From NCBI RefSeq assembly GCF_009914755.1, contig NC_060939.1: a stretch of 64,000 bases of DNA. One strand, written 5' to 3'. The DNA is from the human T2T-CHM13v2.0 reference genome, Homo sapiens. Of the stretch, positions 1-11,830 are shown in pieces. The position numbers and the translations under genes were made by a program. The first letter of the stretch is position 1. Every line of letters starts with the position of its first letter. Below the pieces are notes generated by a model. The model saw only the letters and a list, made by a program, of their open reading frames with translations, did no database searches and had not been told where the DNA came from.

Positions 1-392
1 CTCCCAAAAAATTAGTGTGTGGAACAAGGTAAAATTTATTACTTATGTAAGACAGTTAAGACGAGCAGTAAATATGATGGCTCCACAGGCATCCTTCTGT
101 GCTAATGTTCTGTAATCCTCAGCTTATTTCCTCCAGGCTCAGGATGGTTGCTTATGCTCCAACCCTCACATCCATATTCTAAGCAGAGGAATGAAGGAAA
201 ACATAGAAGGTATGTCCACACCCTCTAAGAATATTTCTCAGTTGTGGACCTTTGGTTTCCTCTTACTTGTCTTTCACCAGAATGTACTCTCAGTCTCTTT
301 TAGCTAGAAGAGAGTCTGGAAAATGAGTCTTTTATCTAAGCACTTAGGCAAACGAGGAGAAAGGATGTGGGCAGCTACGAGTGTCTCCTGTA
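1..392 (-). mobile_element. Old MaLR LTR (MLT1J/K-like), degenerate
   Basis: 'caccagaatgtactctcagtctcttttagctagaagagagtctggaaaatgagtctttt' resembles the reverse strand of the MLT1 5' region; boundaries approximate. Confidence 0.55.
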
Positions 393-394
393 GT

Positions 395-440
395 AAGTGT
401 CATTGTCCCCACATTTTAATGAGAGGAAACTGAGGCCTCC
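395..440 (-). mobile_element. MIR fragment (part 1, interrupted by MLT1)
   Basis: MIR core 'ccccacattttaatgagaggaaactgaggc'. Confidence 0.6.
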
Positions 441-452
441 TGAGTTTAACAG

Positions 453-1040
453 TGTTCTGGTTGTCTACTGCTTCATAAGAAACCAACACAAACTTAGTGA
501 CTCCAAACAATAAACATTTTATTATGTTCATGATTTTGTGGGTCAGAAATTTGGATGGGATCCAACAGGTATGGCCCCACTCTGTACTACAATGACTATG
601 GCCTAACCTGAAGTGACCTGAAGAGGAAGGGATGCCTGGGGCAACATACCCAGTGTCTGGCACCTCATTTCTGGCATCATCTGGGTTCCTCAATTCTTTT
701 CTGCATTGTGTCCAGGATTGCTTATTCACTCCCAGGCCTGGCATCTTGGTTGGGACGGCTGGAGCAGCTGAGGTTGGCCAGGCATCTGTCTCTCTCTGCA
801 TGGGGCTATTCCACATGGCTAGCTTGGGCTTTCTCACAGCATGGCTGTCTTTGAAAGTGAAATTTCTTCTACTAGTGGCTGGCTTTCTCCAGAAAGAGTG
901 TTCCAAGAGACCAAGGTAGAAGTTACACACTCCTTAAGTTAGCTTTGGAAGACATACTTCTGTCACAATTCACTAAGCTCATCCAGATTCAAAGGATCAG
1001 GATTTAAACAATGCATCTCATTGAAGAGAGTCATAGAAAC
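453..1040 (-). mobile_element. MaLR solo LTR (MLT1F/G/H-like)
   Basis: Starts 'tgttctggttgtctactgcttcataagaaaccaacacaaacttagtg' (reverse of the MLT1 3' end); contains 'ccacatggctagcttgggctttctcacagcatgg' and 'ccagattcaaagg'. Confidence 0.75.
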
Positions 1041-1135
1041 TTTGCAGCCATCTTTTTCACGAAGTGATTGCTTAAGAAAACACAGCTAGGAAGTTAAGGG
1101 GCTCAGCTTGGAGCATAGAGTTGACTTTACACTAC
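1041..1135 (-). mobile_element. MIR fragment (part 2)
   Basis: 'gaagtgattgcttaagaaaacacagctaggaagt' continues the MIR core broken at about 440. Confidence 0.55.
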
Positions 1136-2543
1136 ATGCCTTTAAGCAGCAGGTCTTGGTGCTTTAAAAGAGTAAATTAAACAAGTTGACTTTTTCGTAG
1201 GCATCAAAGATAGTAGCTGGCTATAGAGCAGCGGGATGTAGTAAGATTTGTGACAATGGTATTTTTGTTGGGTGCACAGATTCTGGCTCTCAATGGAGTA
1301 TGCCCTGGGGCTTTGCACTCAGCTCTCTTACTAAATGTAGCTGCCCCCCTCCTTCCTCTCTCCAAGCCCCCTCCAGCTGAACAACTGGGCTACTGCTCTG
1401 CTGTCTCTTTCATATTTGTGAATACTCTCTCAGGTCTGGGAAATCAGATTGTCTCATTTAAATTTAATTTAAATTTCTGTTTGAAGAATCAACCTGAGAC
1501 ATCAAAGGGAATCCAAAAAATGCACTACACAATAAATGATCAAATGACTTCTAAAGATATTGCACTTTTATATCTAGAAATATTAGATCAAAACTCCAAT
1601 TTCTTTTATTGTTAAAATTAAAGAGAGACTTAAAAGAAACTGCCATGTAAGTTTGACACTGTGTTTAACCAACAGACAAATTGGCATAGCCTGGTAAGGT
1701 TATAACCATCAATACATGCATTCTTTCCCTAATTCATAATGAGTCACAGTCTTCCAGTCACTAAACGTCAACTTGGTTTCAAGTTAATTTTCTTCAAGTC
1801 ATAAAAATATTATTCAGAGTACAGGTCACAGATGCCTAATTTACAATCTGGGTATAATTAAATTACCAGTTTATCTGTTCAAAACAGACTGAGTTTGGTG
1901 TTGAAATATGGCCTTTGAGAAACCAACTTCTCAGAAAAAATTCCATCTTAATTATTTGTGCATTTAATTTTTGAAGATCTGAAGTCCTATTCCCTATGTT
2001 AACATAGTTAGAAATAGCCCAAAAGTTTCAAGGCTATAGTGAATTGACATTTGCTGTGGGTCCTGGCAGGCAGGTACTTGGGAAAGTGCACAAGCGGGAA
2101 AGGCATGCAGCTGGCCTTAACAGGTGCAAAGGAAAACAGGTGCAAAGGCACACCCTCTTTTCACCATGAAAGAGTGAGAAGAACACCTGCTAAATGAATG
2201 AGTGAGCATATCTTCACCCATCAAGAATTAGATGGGTGATCAAAAACTTGAATGGGTGATTCTTAACTTACCAAGCAGGAAAAGCACAGTCATTGGTAGA
2301 GATGTCAGGAGAGTTTGGGGCAAGAAGTTTTAGCTGAGGGTCATCAGCCAGAGGAAAACCACCCTTTCCAGTGGATGAGCAAAAGATGATGTGTTTCTTA
2401 TCTGTTGGTCACATAAGACTAGATTAGAAGGATCAATAATAAATAATTAAATCAAACGAGAATAATATTTCTTTAAATTAAATATTTAAAAATATCTAAA
2501 AAAATTTTTTTTTAAGAAGGAGGAAATGACCATGGTATTCTAG

Positions 2544-2963
<420 letters not shown>

Positions 2964-3512
2964 TGAAGGAGAGGGTTCTAACAAAGAGAACTGAATTTGT
3001 TTGTCTAGTAAAATTATAGTAATGTGAAGTCTGTCCCCTGGCAATACCATTTGGATTTCAGAAGAACAGGAGAGAGATAAGAGGACTGACAAAGGTAAAG
3101 TCTATGGTAGGGAGAGCACACTCCTCCAGAAAAACAGCAAGTAAGATCCAAGAAAATGTGGCTGGAGAGAAGCTCTCTGCACCTGGAAGCTCTGAGAAAG
3201 CGAGTATTCACATTTATATTGGTTCTCATTATGATCTGGGCTGCTGCCAGTCTTCCTTATGTCCCCAGCATCACTAGGGTCTACAGATAAAGTAGGAATG
3301 GCAGTGCTTTGGGAGAATGGGGAGAAGGGGCTCAACTATGGTTGGGGCAGTGAAGAGGGGTCTCTGAGAACAGCAAGCAGAAGAGATGAGATGCTGTCTA
3401 TGAGCTAGGCTACAGTGGCTAAGCACATTGCAGGGCGCCCAACTCAAAGATTGGAGCAAAACATCCATCCTGCTCACTTCAAATACCAGCAGGGCTGGAC
3501 CCCGCAAAGTGA

Positions 3513-4109
<597 letters not shown>

Positions 4110-4539
4110 TAATGCAAAGGATTCTTCTGGTCCTCTTTTTAATAAATCTGGTAATAGGAGTTTCCACCATTTCTCTTGGGGTATTTTTTTTTCTATTTAT
4201 GTATTATAAACTCACTGTATGGATTTTGGAAAGTGTTGTTTTCATTGAGCACCTGAGTAACAAAGACTTGTCTGCCAGACCTGACTCAGTAGAATCTGAG
4301 ATTGTTCCAAAATTAAAAAACTTACCAACTGAAAGAGGTGACGAAGGAAGTGGGGTGGAGGTGGGGGGCTCACAGATCCCTGCCCCTCCACAGCCTTCTT
4401 CATCTTTGACCCTAACTCTCACTAGATTTTTAAAATACTGTGAAACTGGAGTATCATCTCTTTCTGAAAACCAGGAATAATGGAATATGTCTAACTGAAA
4501 GGCAGAAGTTGCAGTTTATCAAAAGCTGTTGATTTTGTT

Positions 4540-4960
4540 ATGTTCAGTCAACATGGCTTTCAACTTCAGCCCCTGCCTCCATCTGTTTGGCCTCTGTGTC
4601 AGATAAAACCCTCATCACCCAGCTCCTCTGGTTTCCAATCCAAAGCAATGGAGACATTGCTGCCAAAGCTATTTTTCTAAAACACAGATCATATCATGCC
4701 ATTTTCCTACTCAAAATGTCACAATGGTTGTCCATTACTCTTTCAAATCTGGCTTCTCCCACTTGTCATGCTAACCTTCACTCACGCCCGCCCCCGCCCC
4801 CCATTAGGCAGGATAACCATGTAGCAACCCTCAAAAGTAAACCCATTGGCATTCTTCAAGGATGACTTGCTCATGCATTCTTCCACGCCTTTTGTACAGG
4901 TTCTACCTAAATTGCTTGCTCACACATCCCATCCCATCTGCCATTGCTATTTGACCTTTA
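4540..4960 (+). mobile_element. L2 fragment
   Basis: 'gctgccaaagctatttttctaaaacacagatcatatcatgccattttcctactcaaaa', typical L2 3' region. Confidence 0.65.
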
Positions 4961-4968
4961 ATTCCTGA

Positions 4969-5282
<314 letters not shown>

Positions 5283-6789
5283 TAACAAATATTAATGAAT
5301 ATTTCCTGTAAGCTATGCACTAGTATATATTATTTTGAAAATAACGCCATCATATTTTATGGTTACTAAAGAACGTAAAGATTTTCCACCTTCAAAGACT
5401 TGCATTGTAAAAGGCAAAAAGTAATAAACAAGTATTTTCAGAAATACTGTATCATTCTTATGATGTTGATTTCAGGAAAACAAGCAAGGACACAGAACCC
5501 AGCCTCCAGCACACAAGAAACGAAAGGGTAAACCCAAAGGAATAAACAAAACAAAAATACTTATGAGGTTATAATTTCACATGATTTCAATAAATTACAT
5601 TATTATAATATAATAAATTTTAATTTTATTATATTATCACTGGATGTATATATACTATAATATATTATAATTGTTTAAAATTAATTTTAATACAAAAAAC
5701 TATAGTGGATTGGCTGAATGCATTAAAATTCTATGTCTTTTTTATGCCAAACAGCTAACTAACACGGAAATATACTAAAACATATTTGGTAAACTACTAA
5801 AACATTGAATTTTATAGAAAAATATAAAATAACATCATGAGATGTTATTTCAAGAAAGATGTTTTTTAATGACATATTTGAGCAACCAAGCATTATAATG
5901 ATGAGCTAATATCAAGGATAGGCAGGTTAACCATGTAGAACAAGTAAGCCAGAAACAATGTTGGAATGCAGGGGGCAAGGCAGGGAGAATATGAGAGGCA
6001 AGGCAGAGAGAGGAGGGGCAAAGGAAGGAATGGAGATGAGCATGTCTCTGGTGCAGTTACAGAGTGGGAAAGAAAAGAGGTTGGGAAGGAGGAAAGAAGA
6101 CTCAAAATAGAAGACCAAAAGAGGGGAAATAGAAAAAGACAATTGCTGACTTCAACTTGCATAAAGATCAGCTCCTCATTGAGTCAAAGTCAGACCTCTG
6201 TGAAGGTTCATTAAATCTCTCTGACATTTCCAATAATATGTAATTAACTAGGAAAAAGATTCCTTTCTAGTTAATTGGATAAACCTGAATTCAGAGTCTA
6301 TTTACTAGCTTTCACCTTACATATTTTTGTAGAAACAAACAAAGCTATATTTTGGAGTGAAAACACAATAAAGTTGCCAGCAACTGGAGATGATTCTAGA
6401 AATAATAGAAGGTCATGTATGTCTAGGCCATGAATGGAATATTTGTTATGCTTGGCACAGGCTTGAGATGTTTTAAAAACCAAATACATTAACTCCATCA
6501 AGTCTGATCAGAACCAATTTGAGGAAAGGCACAATTATAATGATAATTAGTAGAGATTATTTTAAAAATTGAAAATGATGAAAAAACATAACAAATGCAT
6601 GTGCACTTGGAATGAATTATTCCAAAGTAATAATTATTTTTGAGGACAAAAAACCCATACTACAACACGTGAGATTTAGCAATCAACAAAGCAAGTGCAG
6701 AAATAATTGATGTAATAGATTACAAACAACAATGAAAATACCCACAACTCTAGAGTGTGTGACTAGGAGCTCTGCCTCATATTAACATC

Positions 6790-9700
6790 TGTTAGCTTAA
6801 TATTTGCTCAAGTAAAAGGGGGGGTTGCATGGCTAAGCATGGTGAAAATGGTGCTGCTAAGGTTAATGCCACAAGACAAAGATACAGGGCTCTTTCAATT
6901 GCATGTGGTATCCAAGGGAGAAGCAGTTCAGTAAACATACAATTTTGAGAAAAACCACCAAAGTTCCTTTCCTCGGGGAGTTTATAGAGCAGTGAAGGGG
7001 AAAAATAAATATCTATTAAATAAATCAATCAACAAGGACTTGCAAATTAAGAAGTGCTAAGCAAGAAATAGATTGCTGAGAGAGAGTTTAATGAGGGGGC
7101 CTGTTTGTGTAGAATGGAGGAGGTAGTCTCAAAAAGACTGAAGAATGGTAGGGAGCCAGGCATGCAAACACCCAGGGGAGGAAGGTCTTCTGAAGAATAA
7201 ACAAGATGCTGTTTTACTAAATTGTAAAGAACTTGCCCTGCATGAGGGACTAGCAGGCCCTTGTGCCTGTAGCAGAGGAACAACATGAAATATGTGGTCA
7301 GAGAAGTTGTTGGTACATAGCTGTTGGAGCCAGATGTTGGTACGTACACCAATGTTAGTTGTTTGACTTTTATTCCAAGTTCATTGGGAAGCATGGACTT
7401 ATTCATTCTAGGGACATAATCTGATTTATGTTTGTAAAAGACCATCTGCACACTATGGAAGAATGCAATAAGGAAGCATGAGTAATTTAGTAGGAGTCTA
7501 TTGCTAAAGTCCAGACAAGGAATGATGGGAGCCCGTGCTATGACGAGTGGAAGGAGACATAAAAATGGATGGATTGAAGATACAGTTTGGAATAGAACTG
7601 AAATGCTTCTTGAATACACTAGGCAGCACAGCTTTGTGTGGTGGGGGTATGCTAATAAGGAAGAAGGAATCATCTAGAATGACTCTTATGACTCCCAAGA
7701 GTTTGCCTTGCTCATCTGAATAGTTGGTAGAAGCAACTGAAATGAGGATGTCTGGGATAGAAAGATAGAGAACAGGTTTCAGGGAGAAATGAGTTCATTT
7801 TTGGCCATGTTGTATTATAGTTGCTATAAGGCACTGAATTGAAGATCTAAGTAGGCAACTGACTGTCAAAGGCAAAGACAGGTGAACTGCATATGTGACT
7901 GACTCTTGGACTTGCCAAATGCATATGATACTTAAATCCTTGGAAATGGATGAGAGCTTCCAAAAGCAGAGTATAGGGAAGAAAATGAAGGGATTCTACT
8001 CTGAAGTCCTGAAGAAGCTAGGTTAGAGGTTTTACAGAGAAGCTCATGAAGGAAACAAAGAAAGATCCATCAGAGACGTGGGAGGAAAATCAGGATTGTG
8101 TTAAAGCAGAAGCCAAAGGAGAGTGTTTCGAGAAAGATGGAGCAGTCCTCATTTTAAATATCATGGAATTTCACTGAGAACAGAAAAGCACCTACTGGGT
8201 TTGGTAACGTGGGGATTACTAGTGATGATAATAAGGGAAAAATTCAGTGTACCAATAAGTAGAAGACAGACATCGGTGGATTAAAGCATGAATTGAATGA
8301 GAGAAAGAGGAAATAGCTACAGGAGACAAATGCAAGAAGTTTCTTATGGCAGAGAGAAGAGAAATCAGATAGTGACTGGAAGAGTCTCTGGGGTATTTTT
8401 TTTTTTAAAGAATGGGTGATGCTAAAATATGTTTGATGTGTGATGGAAATGTCTCAGGTTGGGATGTGGGAGACAGGAAGAACATCATGTTCTTGATGAG
8501 AGTCCATGAGGAGGGCAAGTCCAGAGTTCAGGAGAGAGAAAGGAAAGGTGGATGTAGACCCAGGTGAGTCTGTGGTGGGCAGATTAGAGAATGCTCAGTA
8601 ATGGCCTCCCTCTACACAATGACGTACAATGCAAGATCATTAGTTGAAAATCAGGTGGCATGGGTTGGAGGAGCAGGGGCCTACTAGAGAGGTAGAGATG
8701 ATATGAAAATGACAAGTAGAAAAGTTCACAGGATTAAACATGGAACATGAAAGAAGTTCTGGTTGCCAAGAATCACTACTTTTTAAGGTTCGTTAATTTG
8801 TAATGACAGTCATCTGCCTTATAAAGTGATTTTTCGCAAAACGCGTTGGCTCCAATGGTACAGACATAAAAAAAGTGAGTGCCTGTGTACCACAAATATT
8901 GTAGATCTTTCTAGGTGAGTGCAGTGGAGGGAGAGAGGGACAAGGGAATTGAGGGGCATTGAAAAGCAGCGTTTGTCATAATGAGTCATGGGATCTAAGC
9001 CGGATATGAAGAAGACAAGTGGAAAAAGGACGGTACTCTACACACATAACAGAATAGCTAAAAAAGAGAAAAAAGAATGTGACCATTCCAAGTGTTGAGG
9101 AGGAGATAGAGAAATTAGAACATCTGTGCATTGCTGGTGGAATTGTGAAAGGGTACAACCACTTTGGGAAACGTGTGCCAGTTTCGTCAAAATTTAAACC
9201 TCTACCTACTGTATGACCCAGCCATTCCACATCTAGGGCTTGTGCATGAATGTTTATAGCAGCTTTATTTGTAATTGATCAAGTTACACAGTTTAAATAT
9301 GTGCAGTTTATTGTATGTCACTTATGCCTCAATAAAAAGAAATCCCTATGGTAGAAAAAAGGAAGTTACTGATGGATAGTGGGAAAGTGATGGGATCAAT
9401 AATTTAGATGTTTCAATGTAGTTTAAGAATTGATTTCATAGGAGTATTTGAACAAATGAAGTCAGTGGTTAAAAGTGATGTTTGGAAAATGATGTGCATA
9501 AATTGTTTCTGAGATGGAGCCATTTCTGGTGATGACAAGGTTTGGAAGGACAGTGGAAGATTAAATTGGAGTAAGAGGAGAAGGTCCTTAGAAATGAGGA
9601 TATCTAAGAACTGGAAGGCCTCCATGTTGTATGACTTATCCATGTGCACATTAAAGATGTCAGAAATGATGGCAGAATTGAAGTAGAAGTATGAGCTAGG

Positions 9701-9800
9701 AGCTCAGAACTTTGGGGAATTGAGGAGTCAGGAGGAGGTTGGTAGACAGTAATAGCAAAGTGGACTAGGGGATGGTGAAGCCAGATAGTGCAGACTTTAA
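6790..9800 (-). mobile_element. Long L2 LINE remnant reaching the endonuclease region, interrupted by an L1M fragment
   Basis: Purine-rich antisense L2 3' region from 6.8 kb; minus-strand translations TVYQPPP (about 9731-9750) and IISDIFNVHMD...FQFLDIL (about 9600-9670) resemble the APE endonuclease motifs YRPP and GDFN. Confidence 0.75.
9040..9342 (+). mobile_element. L1M fragment (ORF2 end joined to 3' terminus)
   Basis: 'cattgctggtggaattgtgaaagggtacaaccactttggg', 'tatgacccagccattccac', ending 'gtgcagtttattgtatgtcacttatgcctcaataaa'. Confidence 0.85.
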
Positions 9801-10629
9801 GGCAGGGTATTGCAAGCTGCAGCTTGAAGTCATCATGGTGTGAAAATGGCAGTGGTACTCAAAATCAGAGATCGGAGGTCCAGCATTTGAAGAAACAGTT
9901 CAAAAATATAATAGAGTTTGCTGCTCCCAGCAAGAGGCGTTGAAGAAGGTCTGAAGGAGGGGGTATCTGGCAAAGAGCTGGCTAAGACTGATTGCTGATA
10001 GAGTGTTAGTGTTCTAGCAAATACTGGCCTAACTAGAGATGTAAGGCATGATATTATTGATTTCTATATTCTTTGATGGTAGTTCAGAAACTTCAGGCTT
10101 AAGGTATGGTGTTGAAGTGGTCTAGCAGAGGAGGGAATCGTGCAAGTTATGCCCTGCTGCCTACTTGGTGTGAGAGCCTCTTAAGAAGCCTCTGGGTGGC
10201 CCTGAGGTCTGCGATGTATGGACGGCTACTCCAGCAGGCCTATAGCAAAGGAAAGGCAAAACTGGAAAACAAGTAGAAGGTGATGAGAAGAAAAATGGCG
10301 CCACTGGCTGGGCAAGGAACATGCCATCTGGAGTAAGAGGCTGAAAGCTTGCTCATGCTCTGAGTGGCCTTGAGTAGTGGAGCCTGCTGCACAATTGTAG
10401 GATGGAGATCAGCCCTGAGAGGTATGAAGGTAAGGACCTGGAGAGAGGCCCAGAGCTTCAGTCTACAGGCTTTAGTGAGGCTTGTTTCATATCCTCCAGG
10501 GAGTTGGCTCTCCACACACCTCTATCATGGGATTACAACATTGCCTTGGGATTACTCTGGGCTCCTGCACTTTTATACATCCCATTTTTTAGTAACCAGG
10601 ACTTTGTTATTTCATTTCTGAGACTCACC

Positions 10630-10746
10630 TTTGTCTGTCCCATCCTTTACTTCACTGCCTACCCCAAACCTAGAGCTTGGCACGCAGTGGATCTTAAATA
10701 AAAATTTGTTGAGCGAATGAATACATGAATGAATAAATAAATGAAT
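10630..10746 (+). mobile_element. L2 3' terminus
   Basis: 'cttggcacgcagtggatcttaaataaaaatttgttgagcgaatgaat' plus (TGAA)n tail. Confidence 0.75.
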
Positions 10747-11689
10747 CCCTTTCGGAATTTATTTATTTTGTTCAAAAATTTCCTCCACTTTGGGAAATGC
10801 AAAATTTGGAACCCCAAAGTTTTTACTTTTTTTTAAGATCTCAAGCACAAAAGTTTTATCCTCTTTTTTTTTTTTTCTTTGATCAATTCCTTTGGGATAT
10901 TAGAGACAGTGCTAGACTATGTATTGGCTCTGAGAGATACAACTAGGTCTTTTATTATTCAAAGATGAACATTTCTTGACTTACTTGGTAGAGTTATAAA
11001 CATAGCATGCTACAGAATAGAAGGCAGCTGTGGAGGTTGGGGCAAATTATTGAAAATGGAAATAGCACAGATCTTGATGCGTCTGTTAGTGCACGTGCAG
11101 GGCAATGTGCCGTAAGGTGGCTGATTTGCACTAACAGGAGTGCTAATATGATGTATTAAATGTCAGACTGGCATTGCTGGGTGTGCATATCTCTTCTGTT
11201 GTACTGCCTGTTTATGCTTATTCAGCCCTTTGAATAATTTAACACATTTCATACTCTAAATTACTCTCAGCAATTTGATGGGGCTTCTGGCAGTTTACTT
11301 GAAATGCTCAGTGTTAGGTCAACATAGGGTCCCAGCTTCTGCTAAATAGAAGTACTCTGCCTACTTAGAAAAACATAATTAGTTTTCTCCGTGGATCTCT
11401 TCAAGGGTGGGGTGGGCTGGAAGAGTGGGGGTAGGGGAGCCAGATGGGAACCACTGCGTGAGTATATTGGGTTGTCAATCCAGAACAGGCCAGGGATCCA
11501 AGAGTTAAAAATTTAATGGGGCAGGCCTTCAGGAGAAGAAAAAGTTGAAGGGCATGGAAAATAGTTTGAGTGCACTGTGCAAATTCGTGTGTATGATAAA
11601 TGACCTTCATTTAGTCAATACTGACCACGGCTGAGTCCTCTTTTCAATTGAATCCTTATGTAAAACTGGCCTGCCCCAATGAAGACTGG

Positions 11690-11830
11690 CTGCAGTGGTG
11701 TGGTCTAAGAGCTGCGGCGTTGAGTAGTTTGTGCAAGTGAAATGGTGAACCACTCTCAGATTGGGAACCTCTTCTTTACTTACCACTGTCCTCAGTTTAC
11801 TTGTATGTAGACTGCAGTGATTATGCGAAA
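11690..11830 (+). mobile_element. MIR fragment
   Basis: 'gtggtgtggtctaagagc' and 'ctgtcctcagtttacttgtatgtag'. Confidence 0.5.

Noticed and set aside
400-930. 176-aa and 95-aa ORFs
   Set aside because: They lie within an MLT1 LTR and MIR and show no protein-family resemblance
6242-6276. 10-bp inverted repeat aattaactag / ctagttaatt (similar small hairpins near 16980 and 49805)
   Set aside because: Short or AT-rich; a few are expected by chance in 64 kb
7047-7673. Longest ORF (208 aa)
   Set aside because: Chance open frame in decayed L2 sequence; not a host gene
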